Shown here in pieces: positions 50,469 through 63,168 of a DNA stretch of 64,000 nt (its first letter is position 1; the number at the start of each line of letters is the position of its first letter). Where the stretch lies: positions 31,434,001-31,498,000 of the forward strand of contig NC_091999.1 of assembly GCF_044704955.1 (NCBI RefSeq), written 5' to 3'. The notes below the pieces were generated by a model. The model was given only the letters and a program-made list of their open reading frames with translations, searched no databases and was not told the origin of the DNA. The position numbers and the translations under genes were made by a program. Origin of the DNA: Pristiophorus japonicus. Taxonomy: Eukaryota.

Positions 50469-52587
50469 CTAACCTATTGTGGGGGGGGGGGGAGTGGAGT
50501 ACTTTGTTGACCTCCACTCCTTCAGCAGCCCAGCGAGGAACTTTTTGAGCCGGCGCAGCTCAAGGCCTTGCGCCTTTGATAAGGGCCCGCACGCGACCAT
50601 GGTTTTAGTGGCGACGCGGACGGAAGCGATGAGCAATCCCGGCTCGGACCATCTTTCACGGGCCAGATGGGCTTGGTCGCGGCGACCCTGGCTCTGGACC
50701 AAAAAGTCCCGGAGTTCCTCTAGGGGAATGAGGGGGGACTCAGCGGCGGGCACGAGGAGATCCACCGCCTCACTGGCGATGGACTCGAGATCTACACCCG
50801 CGTCCTCCACCGAGTCCCCGTCCCCCTCCGGGTGGTCGCCGCTAGCAGCCGGCCCGTGGACCGCACGAGGTACGGCAAACGGCCCACCGCTCCATCCGGC
50901 CCTGGCTCTGCCCCGATCCCACCCCCAGGATCGTCGACAGAGGAGTCTCCACTGGGCTCTGTTAAAAGTGGTGCTGGGTCAGGAAGTGACAGCGGAAGGG
51001 GATCCTCCCCCTCCCCAGGAACCGGGGAACACGGAGAGACCTGGCCAAAGTAATGTTCCAGGTCCTCCAAGTACCCCAGCTTCAAAGTCGGGGGCGAGGG
51101 TTGTTGTACTTCCCCCTCCCCAACGCCACCCCCCGGCCCAGCGTGTACAGATTCATAAAAATTGTTGATACTGTGTATTTCCGCCGAGTCGAGCAAGTCC
51201 CGGGGGATGTTGGATATTGGCTGGGCGGGCTCAGGTTCGGCATTTTCGGCCCCGCCCACCTCAGTCCCCGGGACGCTCGACCCGGCGGCAATGAATTCCA
51301 CCGCTGGCCCCACGCCCCCCACGACAGGCAGATCTTCCACGCCATCACCGGGAGGCAGAGGCTGGGCAGCCTCGACTGTCTCACCCTCCCCGGGGACAGA
51401 TTCCTCCTGCCTACGGCGCAGTTTGGAGGCGCTCGTGGGGGACGCGGGACACGTGGCAGGCACTGACTCCTCCACGGAGGGATGTTGTTCCCCCTCCGCC
51501 TCATTGGAGCGGCGCCTCCTTTTGTTCCTGGTTGAGCGCGGAGGCAGGGAGACCTCCATGTCTGCCGACGCCTCCCGCTCCACCCCCCTCCTTTTTCTTT
51601 TCTTGCCCGCGCCCGAGCCCCTCTGTGATACTGGTGAAGGGCTTGGGCATGGGCTCAGGGCACCCCGCGCTCGCCGATGTCAGGGTTGGGCTGAGCGCGG
51701 TGTTCAAGCTGTCTGGCGCACTGAGGGGACCCGCCTCGAGATGCTTTGCCTTCCTCCGCACCTTCTTTCCGATCGGACGCTCTCCCTCTCCCCCCGCTGG
51801 AGGCATTGAAAACAAAGGCCCCCGACGATGACCGCGCACCCACAGCTCCCGGCACGCGGACGCTACTAGGGGGAGTGGTGGCGGCGGCGCCAGCCTTGGC
51901 CGCCTTCGGTGGTTTGGCGGCTTTGGAGGCGGAACAGTTCTTGCGAACGTGCCCCACCTCGCTGCAGGCATGGCACCGCACGCCGTCCGACGTCCAAAAG
52001 ACGCGGTAGGCTGTCCCCTCGTGCACCACATTAAAATTGCCCTCCATCGTCTCCTCCCGCGCCAGCCGGACAAAGAGCTGGCGGCGGAAGGAGAACACAT
52101 GGCGCAGGCTGTTCTCCCTGAGGCCGAGCGGTATGGGGTTGATCCCCGACCTTACATCCCCTAGTTGGTGTAGGTGAGGGAGGAGGAGCTCAGCGAGAAC
52201 AAAGGGCGGGACTTTTGAAATGATGACCCTCTGCGCGGTGGCCTCGAGAGGGTCCACCGGCAGGAACGTCCCGCCTACCGTGAGCCCCTTTTCGAGGGCC
52301 AGGGACACCGGCCGCTCTGACCCCATGAAGGACACGGCCTTCCCAGACATCTTGGAGGCTGCGACAATGGCCGAGGGGCCGACTACCCCAGCCATCGCCC
52401 GCACGCACTCTTCAATGCTCATTGTGGGGTGAGTGTAGCTCTTGACCCCGTGTTTTTTTGTTATCAGAATGAATGGTGGCAGGGCAGCAGGAGGCGCAGG
52501 AGGCGCAGGAGGCACCGTGGATGTGGACGCCGCCTGCGCATATGTCCTAGCTGGCCCTGCCACCAGCGTGGATGGGGTCGCCATCAC
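50469..52587 (-). pseudogene. Tx1 ORF1 (RRM-like region plus CCHC knuckle), frameshifted
   Basis: VGPSAIVAASKM, RVIISKVPPF, HVFSFRRQLF and CHACSEVGHVRKNC; continues through frames 51501-52100, 50792-51583 and 50469-50810. Confidence 0.88.
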
Positions 52588-54593
52588 GGGGTCCCTTTAA
52601 GGGCTACATCCACCCCAAAGTCACAGGCCTTAATAGTCTTTAATTGGCCTCGTTGGTGTTTTGAGCAGAGGGAGCTCTAAAAGAGTCACACCTCTCCTCT
52701 AGTTACCGAATGGGGAGGGGCCTTGCTCTCTCTGCTCAGTTGTCTTAATTGTTTTATAATTAGGAGCAAAGGGCTCTCAGAGAGAGAGGGGAGAGACAGA
52801 GAGAGAGAGAGAAAGAGCGAGGGGGGTATGAAAGAGGGTAGCTGCGAGGGCAGGTCTCCCCTCACAGTGATGGGTGGGTGTTTCTTGGGGTACACTCCCC
52901 AGATGGCAAAAAACACAGTCTTTGTAGAATGGTCTTCGGGTGGGGGGAGAAGATGTCTTCACCTGGGTTAGCTGGAGCCACCCAGGCACACACTCCCAAC
53001 GATGTTTAATAGGGTAATTAGTACTACTTCAGCCAGGTAGCTCCAGCTATCCCAGGCTAGGCAATGAGGGAGGTGTGATTCAGTGGTGTGTGGGGCCTAG
53101 CTGTAAGCAAGACCCCCACACACACTTCCACACACACACACCCGCCGCGATGTTCCGGCCCTCGAAATGTCTTCTTTCCTCCCCCCACCGATACAACAAA
53201 GTCTTTCGGGGAATGCACCAAAACACACCCACCTGTCGAAGATTGTCGAAATGGCTCTCCCTCCTTCCACACTGGATGGTGTTTTCTCAGGATGTTCTTT
53301 TCACCCTCTCTCCAACTCTCTGTAGTAGCAATAAATGACACATTTTCTGCTCTCCTCCTCTCCCTCTGGACCTTGAATTGTAGTAAGCCAGCCCTCTCCT
53401 TCTCTTCCTGGGCTGGTCTCAGGGTTCACTCTCGGCCTTCCAGACAGGAGCTTCAGCAGGGAATTCCTTCTCTCACAGCAGCAATGCTCCAACTGATTAG
53501 GCCACGCCTCCAAAGCTCCACCATTGGTCCACAGATTCCCTGAAAGTAACAGGCCAGGTGGATAAGGTGATTAATAAGGCATAATTAAAGCTTGCATTTA
53601 TTAGCCGCGGCATAAAATACAAGAGCAGGGGGGGCTTATGCTTCAACTGTATAAAACACTGGTTTGGCCACAGCTGAAATATTGCGTGCAGTTCTGGTCA
53701 CCGCATTGCAGGAAGGAGATGATTGAACTGGAGATTTACGAGCATGTTGCCGGTAGTGGGGAATATTAGCCACGAGGACAGATTGGATAGTCTGGATTTG
53801 TTTTTCTTGGAACAGAGGGGAAACTTCATTGAGGTGTATAAAGTTATGACGGGCCGAGATATAGTGGATAGAAAGGGTCTATTGCCATTAGCAGAGGGAT
53901 CAACAACCAGGATACATCAATTTAAAATAATTATTAAAAGTTTTAAAGGGGATTTGAGGGGAATTTCTTCATGCAGTGTTGTGGTGGTCTGGAACTCACT
54001 GCCTGAAAGGATGGTGGAGGCAGAACCCCTCACCACATTTAAAAAGTACCTGGATATGCAACATATGTGCCATAACCTGCAGGATTACAGACCTAGAGCT
54101 GGAACGTGTGATTAAGCTGGATAGCCTCTTGTTGGTCGAGGGCCTTAAATGGCCTCCTTCCGTGCTGTAAACTTCTATGACTCTATTAGTCTATATGATC
54201 GAATTTCTGAACTGATTTAATGATTGCATGATTGAAGTGTGATTTTAGCCATGCATTTAATGAAGGGATATTCTGCGTCAGTAAATGGTTGACAATCAGT
54301 GAACGATAAACAGTTTTAGTCACGAAGTTGCACCTAAAACTCCATGGCCTGTTCTCAGTGTCCTGCTCCTCATTCATTGCTTCAGTCCGCCCTCGCTCCT
54401 TCACATTCGCTGTTCCCGCTTCCCTTCCTCAAACACTATTCAAATCTTAACAGATCAATCTCTGCCGACAGGTAACTGAATAATTCCCATTGCGAGGTGA
54501 AGTATCTAAGACTGAAATATGATCAAAATAAATAAACATCAAGGAGGAGTGATACATAATGTTACTGATTTCTTTTCTGTCTCTTTCTTGCAG

Positions 54594-55503
54594 CTAACTT
54601 GGTGACAATTGTGATCCTGTCCCGAGGAAAGTGCGGTCTTTCCAGATGTATCACTTGGTACCTGCTGTCCATGGCAGTGGCAGATCTCCTGGTCATTATC
54701 ACCGCTGTGATATTAAACCGGATCAGTGGAATTTATCTTCAATTTGGTCTGCTGTCCACCACTCCAGGCTGTACTATAATATCTATCCTAATTTATGTCG
54801 CCACGGATAGTTCCGTCTGGTTAACGGTCGCTTTCACCTTCGATCGATTTGTGGCCATATGATGCCAGAAACTGAAACAAAATATTGCACTGAGAAAAAT
54901 GCGGCTCTGATTATAGTCATGGTCGGTTCCCTGAGCTGTTTAAAAAACATTCCTTCTTATCTCACATATGAGCCTATGTTCATAACTGACAATGTCCCGT
55001 GGTTATGTAACATCAAAGTAATATTTTATACTTCTCCTCTATGGATAGTATATGACTGGCTTGACAGAATTTTAACGCCATGACTCCCCTTTCTCCTGAT
55101 ATTGCTGCTCAATGCTCTGACCGTCAGACATATTCTAGCGACCAGCAGAGCCCGCAGGAGGCTCCGGGCCCATAGCAGTGGAGAGAATCAAAGTGACCTA
55201 GAGATGGAGAGACGGAGAAAGTCCATCGTTTTACTCTTTACCATCTCAGGCAGTTTCATCCTATTATGGACAGTGTACGTTGTAAATTTCTTGTATGTCC
55301 GAATTACAAAGAATAATTATTTCTCAGGTTCCAATTTCAAAGACCCAAAATGTATTTTCCAAGAAACCGGAAATAGTCTTCAGCTTTTGAGTTCCTGCAC
55401 AAACACGTGTATTTATGCAGTGATCCAGAGTAAATTCAGAGAGGAGTTAATGGATGCGCTGAAATATCCAATGAATCTCTTTATAAAATTAATCAAATTA
55501 TAA
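54594..55503 (+). pseudogene. GPR139-like pseudogene, exon 2
   Basis: Acceptor tctttcttgcag|CTAAC; NLVTIVILSRGKCGLS...FTFDRFVAI*, a 1-nt deletion in KLKTKYC, LTP*LPF, then CTNTCIYA. Confidence 0.92.
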
Positions 55504-56079
55504 AAATGTATTTTCGTGTTAATTCTGCATTATATCACACCCAGTGGGCCATCCTGTCCTGTCAGTTCTGAACCAGCTTTGTCCAGCTCCATCAGCCCCA
55601 ATAACATGGCCCATCTCGACATCCAAGTCTGAGAAATCGAATATCTCGACATCCTCATGCGCGATATCGTATATCTTGACATTCATGTGTGAGAAATCGT
55701 ACAATTGATTTGCGTGTAATTAAGATTATATTTTAATCAGAGGGCCTTATTTCAGTACTGCCGGCGGTTTGTTTCCTCAGAGTAGTATTATCATACGAAT
55801 GCTAGCAGATACTTTTCCATTCTATTGAGCTCTCATGAATCACCATCGGCTCACTGCATTACAACAGTGACTACACTTTCAAAAAGTATTTCACTGGCTG
55901 TAAAGCGCTTTGAGACGTCCACGCGTTGTGAAAGGTGCTATATAAATCCAGTACTTTCTTTATTTCCTTGTTAGAGTCAGGATTATGCGACTATGTGACA
56001 ACCAGTTGTTATCCTGTAGAGACCGCTCTGAATAACCTTGATTCATAACTCTCAGGAATATTGCGAGTGGTGGATCATG

Positions 56080-57442
56080 GCAGCAGTCTCTGTGATCCTG
56101 CGAAAAATAGAGACAAAATTAACAGTCACTTGGACAAGTATGGATTAATTAAAGGAAGCCAGTATGCAGTTGTTAAAGGTAAATGGTGTTTAAATAACTT
56201 GATTGAGTATTTTTACATTGGTAACAGAGAAGGTAGATGAGGACAATGCGGTTGATGTGGTATACATGGACTTACAAAAGGCATTTGTCGAAGTGCCAGC
56301 TAGTACGTTTGCCTGCAAAGTAGAAGCCCATAGAGTAAAAGGGAAAGTGACAGCATGGGTACCAAATATGCTGAATGACAGGAAAGAGGGATTAGTGATG
56401 AATGGTATATGTTTCTGACTGGAAGCTGTTTTTCAGGTATCAGTGTTACCCAGGGGTCTTTATCAGGAACGTTGCTTTTCTTGATATATATTGACGAATT
56501 GGACTTGGGTGTACATGTCTCAATTGAAAAATTTACAGACGGCACAAAACTAAGAAGTATGCTGAACATTGACGCGGACAGTGATAGACTTCAAAAGGGG
56601 ACCGCAGGCTGGCGGAATTAGCGGACCCGTGGCAGATGAAATCCAGTGCAGAAAAGTGTGAAGTGTAACATTTTGGTAGTAAGAACGAGGAGAAGCAGTA
56701 TAAATTAAAGGGTACAATCCTAAAGGGGGTGCATGAACAGAGAGACCTGGGATACACGTTCACAAATCGTTGAGAGTGGCAGGTTGAGAAAGCAGTTAAA
56801 ATAACAATCGCCATCCTGGGCTTCATAAATAGCGGCATAGCGTACCAAAGCATGGAAGTTAAGATAATCCTCTATAAAACGTTCGTTCGTGCTCAACTGG
56901 AGTGTTGTATCCAATGCTGTGCATCACACTTTAGGAAGGATGTGAAGGCCTTCGAGAGAGTGCAGAAAAATTAGAAGAATGGTTCCAGGGATGAGGGATT
57001 TCATCTACGTGCATAGACTGGAGAAGCTGGAATTGTTCTCTGGAGCAGTGAACCTTGAGAGGACATTTGATAGAGGTATTCAAAATCATGAGGGTTCTGG
57101 ACAGAAAAGACAGGGTGAAACTCTTCTCATTGGCGGAAGGTTCGAGAACAAGAGGACACAGATTTAAGTGGACTGGCAAAAGAACCAAAGGCGACTTGAG
57201 GAATAACTTTTTTATGCAGCGAGTGGTTATGATCTGGAAAGCACTGCCTGAAAGGATGGTGGTGGCAAGTTGAATGGTGGTTTTCAAAAGGATGTTGGAT
57301 AGCTACCTAAAGCGGAAAAATGCAGGGCTATGGGGAAAAGGTGCGGAGTGGGAATAGCTGAGGTGCTCTTGCAGAGTGCGGACAGGGGCTCCACAGGCCG
57401 AAATGTATCCATTTATGCTGTAACCCAATCTATGATTCTATG
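56080..57442 (+). mobile_element. CR1 LINE 3' portion
   Basis: VDVVYMDLQKAF, KFTDGTKL and RGHLIEVFKIM; tail ctatgattctatga. Confidence 0.9.
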
Positions 57443-58314
57443 ATCCTGCACCAGCCACAATATAATGATATGATGGTACGATATGGGCGCTATTACAATG
57501 TCACCAACAACACCTTAAAATTGAAATTCTATTTCCCATTGCAAGCTGCTATACTCAGTAAAGTGAGCAACTGTTTGGCAGGGAGGTATAACAGAAAGTA
57601 AAGAAGCATTGCATGCAATTCTTTTCCTGGTAAAAGGCACCAAATTCTTTAATTGGGTAACAGCATTTGTATAGGATTGACGAATCGCCACGATGTAGTT
57701 ACTCTCCTCCCTCTCATGTGAATTTGGCGCATCACTCAGAATGCCACTCAGTAACAATAAAGGAGGAGTTACACAGATTTTGGAGGAGCATTGCTCTGCG
57801 TAGTATTTCTGAATGGTAATTCAAGCCTCCCTCCCAACTGCACCTCACTTGTTCAAAATAAGAAAATATTCGGGGATGCAATTTAACCATTCAACGTTAT
57901 GAATATTGCAAAAGAAGAAATTGGAATCAGTAAATAGAGTGAACGAGAGAAAGTGTGAGAGAGGAGAGAAAGATTGAAATGGAGAAAGAACAAGAAGCGT
58001 AAGAGAACAAAATAAGGTAATAGTAAAAGAAAGCAAAAATGACAGAAACCAAGAAATGTTTAACTTGGTGATTGTCCTTCTATACCCGCTGTTTCTCTTA
58101 GATGTTTGTATCTATTCTCGAGATATGGGCGTAGATGGCAAGGCCGGAATTTATTGTGCATTACTGGCTGCCCTTGAAAAAGTGTTGGTGGGCTTTCTCC
58201 TTGCACCGCTGCAGTCCATGTGGTGAATGTGATGTCACGTAGGAAGTTCCAGTATTTCAACCCATGGACAATAAAGTAACAACGATAAATGAAAATTCCG
58301 GATGGTGCTTGACA

Positions 58315-58970
58315 TATAGAATCACACAATAATACAGCATTGATGGAGGTCGTCTGACCAATCTTGTCTGTGCTCGCTCTGTGAAAGAACCTTCTCCAAA
58401 CTACTCCTTCCATTAACCCCGCTGTGTTTTGGTCGACACGAATACGCTTCTTCTTATGATTTGCTGTAAAGAGACTTGCAGCATGATTCAAGGGGAATTG
58501 GAGCATTGCTGCGGGACAACGGTCCCGTACGTAGAATGATACAACACCTAAGGACGCCGTTACGATCCTTTGTGCCTCCTCTTTGCAAGAGCTGTTCAAT
58601 TAGTCCCACACCTTTGCATTCCGCCATAGAACTGTTCGTTTATTCGTTCAAGTGTTTACACAATTCGATTTTGAACGTTGCTACTGACTCTGCTTCCTCC
58701 CCCTTTTCAGGCTCTGCATTGCGGATCAAAGCAACTCGCCTGGTAAAATAATGTTTCCTCGTGTCATCTGTGGTTCCTTTCCCAATTACCTTAAATCTTT
58801 GTCCTTTGGTTACCGACCCTTCTGCTAGTGGAAACAGTTTCCATAATTTAATCTCTCAAAACTCTTCATAATTTTGAACAACTCTATTAAATCTCTTCTT
58901 AACCTTCTCTGTTTTAATGAGATCAATGCCAGCTTCTCCAGTCCCTCCACAGAATCCCCTCATCCCTGTT
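58315..58970 (-). mobile_element. CR1 3' fragments
   Basis: Reverse CR1 3' ends with typical wording; fragmented. Confidence 0.65.
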
Positions 58971-59288
58971 ATGAAAAAAAATTAAACATGTTGTTTTAAA
59001 AGTTCCCTCAATTACAGATATTGCTTTATCGAATCGCTCGATGACAGATATCTTCTTGGTTTGGTCTGTGGTTTCCCTGGAATTTTTTACATAGTCGATC
59101 AGTTTGAAGCACCGTGATTCTCAGTCAACAGAAATAGACGGCGCTGTATTCATTTTCTGCTACAAAAATTGACAAAGGAAAAATTAATATTCATTTAAAT
59201 GACGAGCATCGAATTTTCCTCTTGCAAAATCGGCACCAATTTCCCTGGTGTTATTGCGGTATAAGGTAAACTGCGTTGCCGGGATCAG

Positions 59289-59669
59289 GTGCAGGCGTAC
59301 CAGTAATGATCTGGATCTTCGGAACTGGTGTTGTAAGTACATTTATTTCAGCTTTATCTCCTTCATATACCGTCATCTCATATTGAGGCTGCATTACCGA
59401 ACTCCATTGGATTTTACCTGTAAAACTTATTTAAATCATCATTTAATGTCCTTCTTAATTAGCATAATTTAAACCAGCGCAGGCAACACTTACCACAACC
59501 TACCTGCTACCGAGATTATTCTGGTGAAATACATCGGCTATTATGAAGGTAATATATTTTGCCAGAGACGTTTCTCTGCAGATCTCTAAATTGTGACAAA
59601 GTTTACCAGTTTAACCATCTCTGGGCTGCAGATGACCGAACCTGCAATTTTTTAACGTGCCCTGGGGCT
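59289..59669 (+). pseudogene. TCR alpha/delta-type V pseudogene (leader remnant plus FR3)
   Basis: The frame from 59521 reads RRFSADL*IVTKFTSLTISGLQMTEPAIF*RALG, a decayed RFS...SLTISGLQ.TDSAIYYCAL. Leader-like MIWIFGTGV|gtaagt at 59306-59338. The 5' part of the V exon is unrecognisable. Confidence 0.78.
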
Positions 59670-59708
59670 CACAGTGATGGAACTCAGTTCAACCCTCGTA
59701 CAGAACCT
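59670..59708 (+). promoter_or_regulatory. 23-bp-spacer recombination signal sequence
   Basis: Perfect CACAGTG (59670-59676), exactly 23 nt spacer, then ACAGAACCT (6/9 to ACAAAAACC), directly after the V end. Confidence 0.8.
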
Positions 59709-60384
59709 CCCGCCACTTTGTAGATCTTGGCTCCGACTGCTGAAGTCGTATATAACGGCGGGCAGATCCTGCCACATTGGTTCCTGTGAGCCGACACATA
59801 CTGAGATGGACCCAAAGGACAGTCTCCTGTATGAAGGGCTCACAATAAACTGATTTCTTGATACTCGGGGAAATGTCCTGCAGAGCCAATCAATTGGGCA
59901 GGTTGAGTATCTTAGCGACATACACGAAGCATAAGCCAACTGGTTGCAGCTAAAGTTAATTGTGAGAACAGAATGACAACATTCGCTGGCATCACCTCGG
60001 ATCTAGAATCAGAATATTAAGCCTGTGCTGGCACTTTGAAAGAGCTATTCTATTAGTCCCACTCTTTTCTGAAAGCCCTGCAATTTTCTCCCTTTAGATA
60101 TTTAACTAATTCCCTTTTGAAAGTTAATATTAAGTCTTTCCCCCCACTCTTTCACGTAGTATATTCCTGATCATAACTGCATCAATAAATTCGGCCCTTT
60201 TCACCTCAGGCTCCTTTTCCAATTTGCTTAAATCAGAAATCAAACATCAGGAAATATATGTGTCCCTGGTACTAACTTCAACTGAGTTGCGTACCTGGAT
60301 TCCGTGGATGACGCCATAATTCCTCGCATACATCATAGCACAGTGATTGGCTGTTTCTTCGAAGGTTACTGCCGTATCCGTAGG

Positions 60385-60660
60385 ATTTGTTCACTGATTT
60401 CACGTTGATAGTATCAGAAGGAATGGCGCAGAGCAGGAAGACAGGATCTCCAGGGTGATGTTCAGTGAGTTCAGCGAGATGGTATCAAAGGGAATGAAGC
60501 AGAGCAGGGAGGCAGGATCCCTAGGAAGATGTTCAGTGAGTTCAGGGAGATGGTATCAGAAGGAATGGAGCAGAGCAGTGAGAACAAATCCGTGGTTGAT
60601 GTTCAGTGAGTTAAGCGAGATGGTATCAGAGGGAATAGTGCAGAGCAGACAGAAAGGCAG
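60385..60660. repeat. Minisatellite, about 70 bp unit, about 4 copies
   Basis: gttcagtgagttcagcgagatggtatcagaaggaatgg repeated at about 60388, 60460, 60531 and 60601. Confidence 0.8.
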
Positions 60661-60685
60661 TCCGGGGAAGAGGTGACAGCGGGTC

Positions 60686-61505
60686 GTGTTTAATGTGAGA
60701 TCATGCACTTTGGCAGAAAAAAATCAAAGAGCCAGTTATTATTTAAATGGAAAAATATTGCAAAGTGCCACAGTTCAGCGGGACCTGGAGGTACTTGTGC
60801 ATGAAACACAAAAGGATGATATGCAGGTACAGCGAGTGATCAGGAAGGCCATTGGTATCTTGGCCATTATTGTGAAGGGGATGGAGTATAAAAGCAGGGA
60901 AGTCTTGCTACAGTTATACAGGATATTGGGGAGGCCACAGCTGGAACTGTGTGCGGTTTTGGTTTACATATTTATGAAAGGATATACTTGCTTTGGAGGC
61001 AGTTCAGAGAAGGTTCACTCGGATGATTCCGGAGATGACGGTGTTGACTTATGAGGAAAGGTTGAGTAGTTTGGGCCTCGACTCATTGGAATTCAGATCA
61101 ATGAGATGTGATCTTATCGAAATGTATCAGATTATGAGGGGGCTTGACAAGGTGGATGCAGAGAGGATGTTTGCACTGATGGGGGAGATTAGAATTAGAG
61201 GGCATGATCTTAAAATATGGGGCCGCCCAATTAAAAAAGAGATGAGGAGAAATTTCCTCTCTAAGAGGGTTGTAAATCTGTGGACTTCGCTGCCTCAGAG
61301 AGCCGTGGAAGCAGGGACATTGAATAACCATATGATAGAAATAGACAGTTTTTTAAACGATAAGGGGCTATGGGGAGCATGCAGGAAAGTGGAGCTCAGG
61401 ACATTATCATATCAGCCATGATATTATTGAATGGCGGAGCAGGCTCGAGATGCAGTATGGCCTACTCCTGTTCCAATTTCTTATATTCTTATGTTTTTAT
61501 GTATG
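60686..61505 (+). mobile_element. CR1 3' fragment
   Basis: QRDLEVLVH and EAVQRRFTRMIP; 3' tail. Confidence 0.92.
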
Positions 61506-61934
61506 TTCCTCATAAAGGAGAACGGCTGGCAGTGATTACCGTACTCATTTCTGTCTGTGTGGACCATATGCATTCAGGTCACCTTTAAAGAGTTGAATCG
61601 AAAACAAAACTTACATTCTACGAATGCCCTCCCAGAGAGGAGGATGTCAATCGTATACTTGGGCAGAACAAAACGACAATGATTTTACATCAGAAATTGA
61701 TATTGCCCGTGCATCACACATTCTGTATGTAGGTGCCCAACGGGCACAAAGCTCCAAATGTACCTGCAGATGCCGCGTGAACCCTCATCTCCTCTCTGTC
61801 AAAAAGAGTCTCTCCACCTGTCGTCTCTTTCTTGGCTTTCTGTATGTATATAACAGAAACATTGGAGCGCCTGTCTGTGTGTCAGTTAGGCCCCAGTCTT
61901 TGGGAATCATTCCAAGAGTTTGTGCTCCCTAGTG

Positions 61935-62250
61935 TGTCTGGAAGTGTTTGATGGGACAGTATCGAGTGAGCTTTAATCTGTATTTAACCCGTGCTGCTCC
62001 TGCCCTGGGTGTGTTTGATGGGACGGTGTAGAGGGAGATTTATTCTATATTAAACCCGTGCTGTACCTGCCCTGGGAGGGTGTGGAGTGCAAGTGTAGAT
62101 GGAGCTGTTCTCTGTATCTAACCCGTACTGCACCTGCCCTGGGAGTTTTGATGGGACAGTGCAGAGGGAGCTTTACTCTGTATCTAACCCGTGTTGTACC
62201 TGCCCTAAGAGTGTTTGTTCGGACAGTAGAGGGAGATTTGCTCTGACGCA
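61935..62250. repeat. Minisatellite, about 67 bp unit, about 5 copies
   Basis: gggagtgtttgatgggacagtgtagagggagctttactctgtatctaacccgtgctgtacctgccct-like unit. Confidence 0.9.
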
Positions 62251-63021
62251 TACTATACTGTGTCGGACTTTGGTGCATCAGAGGCCTGCTCTTTAATATA
62301 ACCTGGCACGTGAAAGACCATAATATTAGAGGAGACCGCCTGGTTGCTGTGCAGTCATTCCGCCTCTGGTGCATGATGCAACAAGACAGGGGAAAATGTG
62401 CCTTCACTCTGATGGGACACTAGGTGGCGCAGTGGCTCCTTAACCGAAGGGACTTGGATTCAAACACAAACAGGATAGGACGCGGGAAGAATACATTTCA
62501 TGTAAATAAAACAACATGTGATAGGGAAATAGAACATGTGAAGGAGCCTTGAAGTAAGGAGTTCAGCAAAGTCCAATTTATTCCATTTGCCATTGCAGTT
62601 TTATTAACAATTTCACAGAGAACAATTTACAGAGAAGGTTTTCAAAAGTTCACACAAATTGAATATAACAAATGAGCGTCACATTAATACCAGAACACAG
62701 TCGGTCTGAGCTGCCAGCTATCTGTACAACTCTAACAGACATCAGGGAGCGAGAAACAGATGTTCAACACCAAGGGAAGGGAATAATTGTGAATCATGAA
62801 TGATAAAAGTGACTTATGTACACATGAGATATTCAAACAATTGTTTAACTCCGAGATACATTTACATTATAGCCACGGTTATCTCACACATTTCAAACAG
62901 AGAAATGAAAAATTGAAGGCAATTGACTCCGGGAATCACCAAGAGGACATAATTTATTTTCAGGACACAGTGATGTGAACAACCAGAGGAGAAAAATCCA
63001 CGGCGGCCGAAATTCAGTCAA

Positions 63022-63030
63022 TCACTTGAC
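63022..63030 (-). CDS. IGHM: IgM membrane exon TM2 (VK*)
   Basis: ccctcttttacag|GTC AAG TGA; AATAAA signals downstream at 62605-62600 and 62582-62577. Confidence 0.88.
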   Translation of the reverse strand, partial: VK

Positions 63031-63168
63031 CTGTAAAAGAGGGATAAAAGTTTGAAGCAGCGTTTTAGTGATTTGGCGCATTAATTTCAGGGTTGTTATC
63101 AATGAAACATTTAGAGATTTGTCAAACCTCTTCAATCAACTCGAACTGAGTGCATTGAATCTTCTCAC

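Larger units (their letters stand above)
46369..53527 (-). mobile_element. Full-length Tx1-clade non-LTR retrotransposon, about 7.2 kb, TSD TCCACAGA
   Basis: 5' UTR of about 940 nt, ORF1, ORF2, A-rich 3' end. TCCACAGA at 46360-46367 and 53528-53535. GC and CpG rich. Confidence 0.92.
46140..54185 (+). mobile_element. CR1 3' portion (46140-46368 and 53528-54185) split by a Tx1 insertion
   Basis: The two halves rejoin into the sequence seen intact at 39241 (gtgcatgtccacagatccctgaaggta). Confidence 0.88.

Noticed and set aside
46580-52700. GC-rich block as bacterial contamination or HGT, and its many overlapping ORFs as genes
   Set aside because: It is a Tx1 retrotransposon with a TSD. The alternative and antisense ORFs reflect high GC.
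54860-55083. Two in-frame TGA codons at probable Cys positions (selenocysteine?)
   Set aside because: The same exon has a frameshift and exon 1 is damaged. Single substitutions from TGY explain them, and no SECIS was recognised.
59249-59338. CYCG...WIFGTG read as a germline-joined V-J
   Set aside because: In-frame stop, no GTxLxV and no upstream V framework. It fits better as the leader exon of the downstream V.
62417-62465. CTCF-like ACACTAGGTGGCGC downstream of the IgM TM exons
   Set aside because: Overlaps TGGCGCAGTGG...GGATTCAAAC, which looks like a tRNA-derived SINE A/B-box remnant. A single motif is insufficient.
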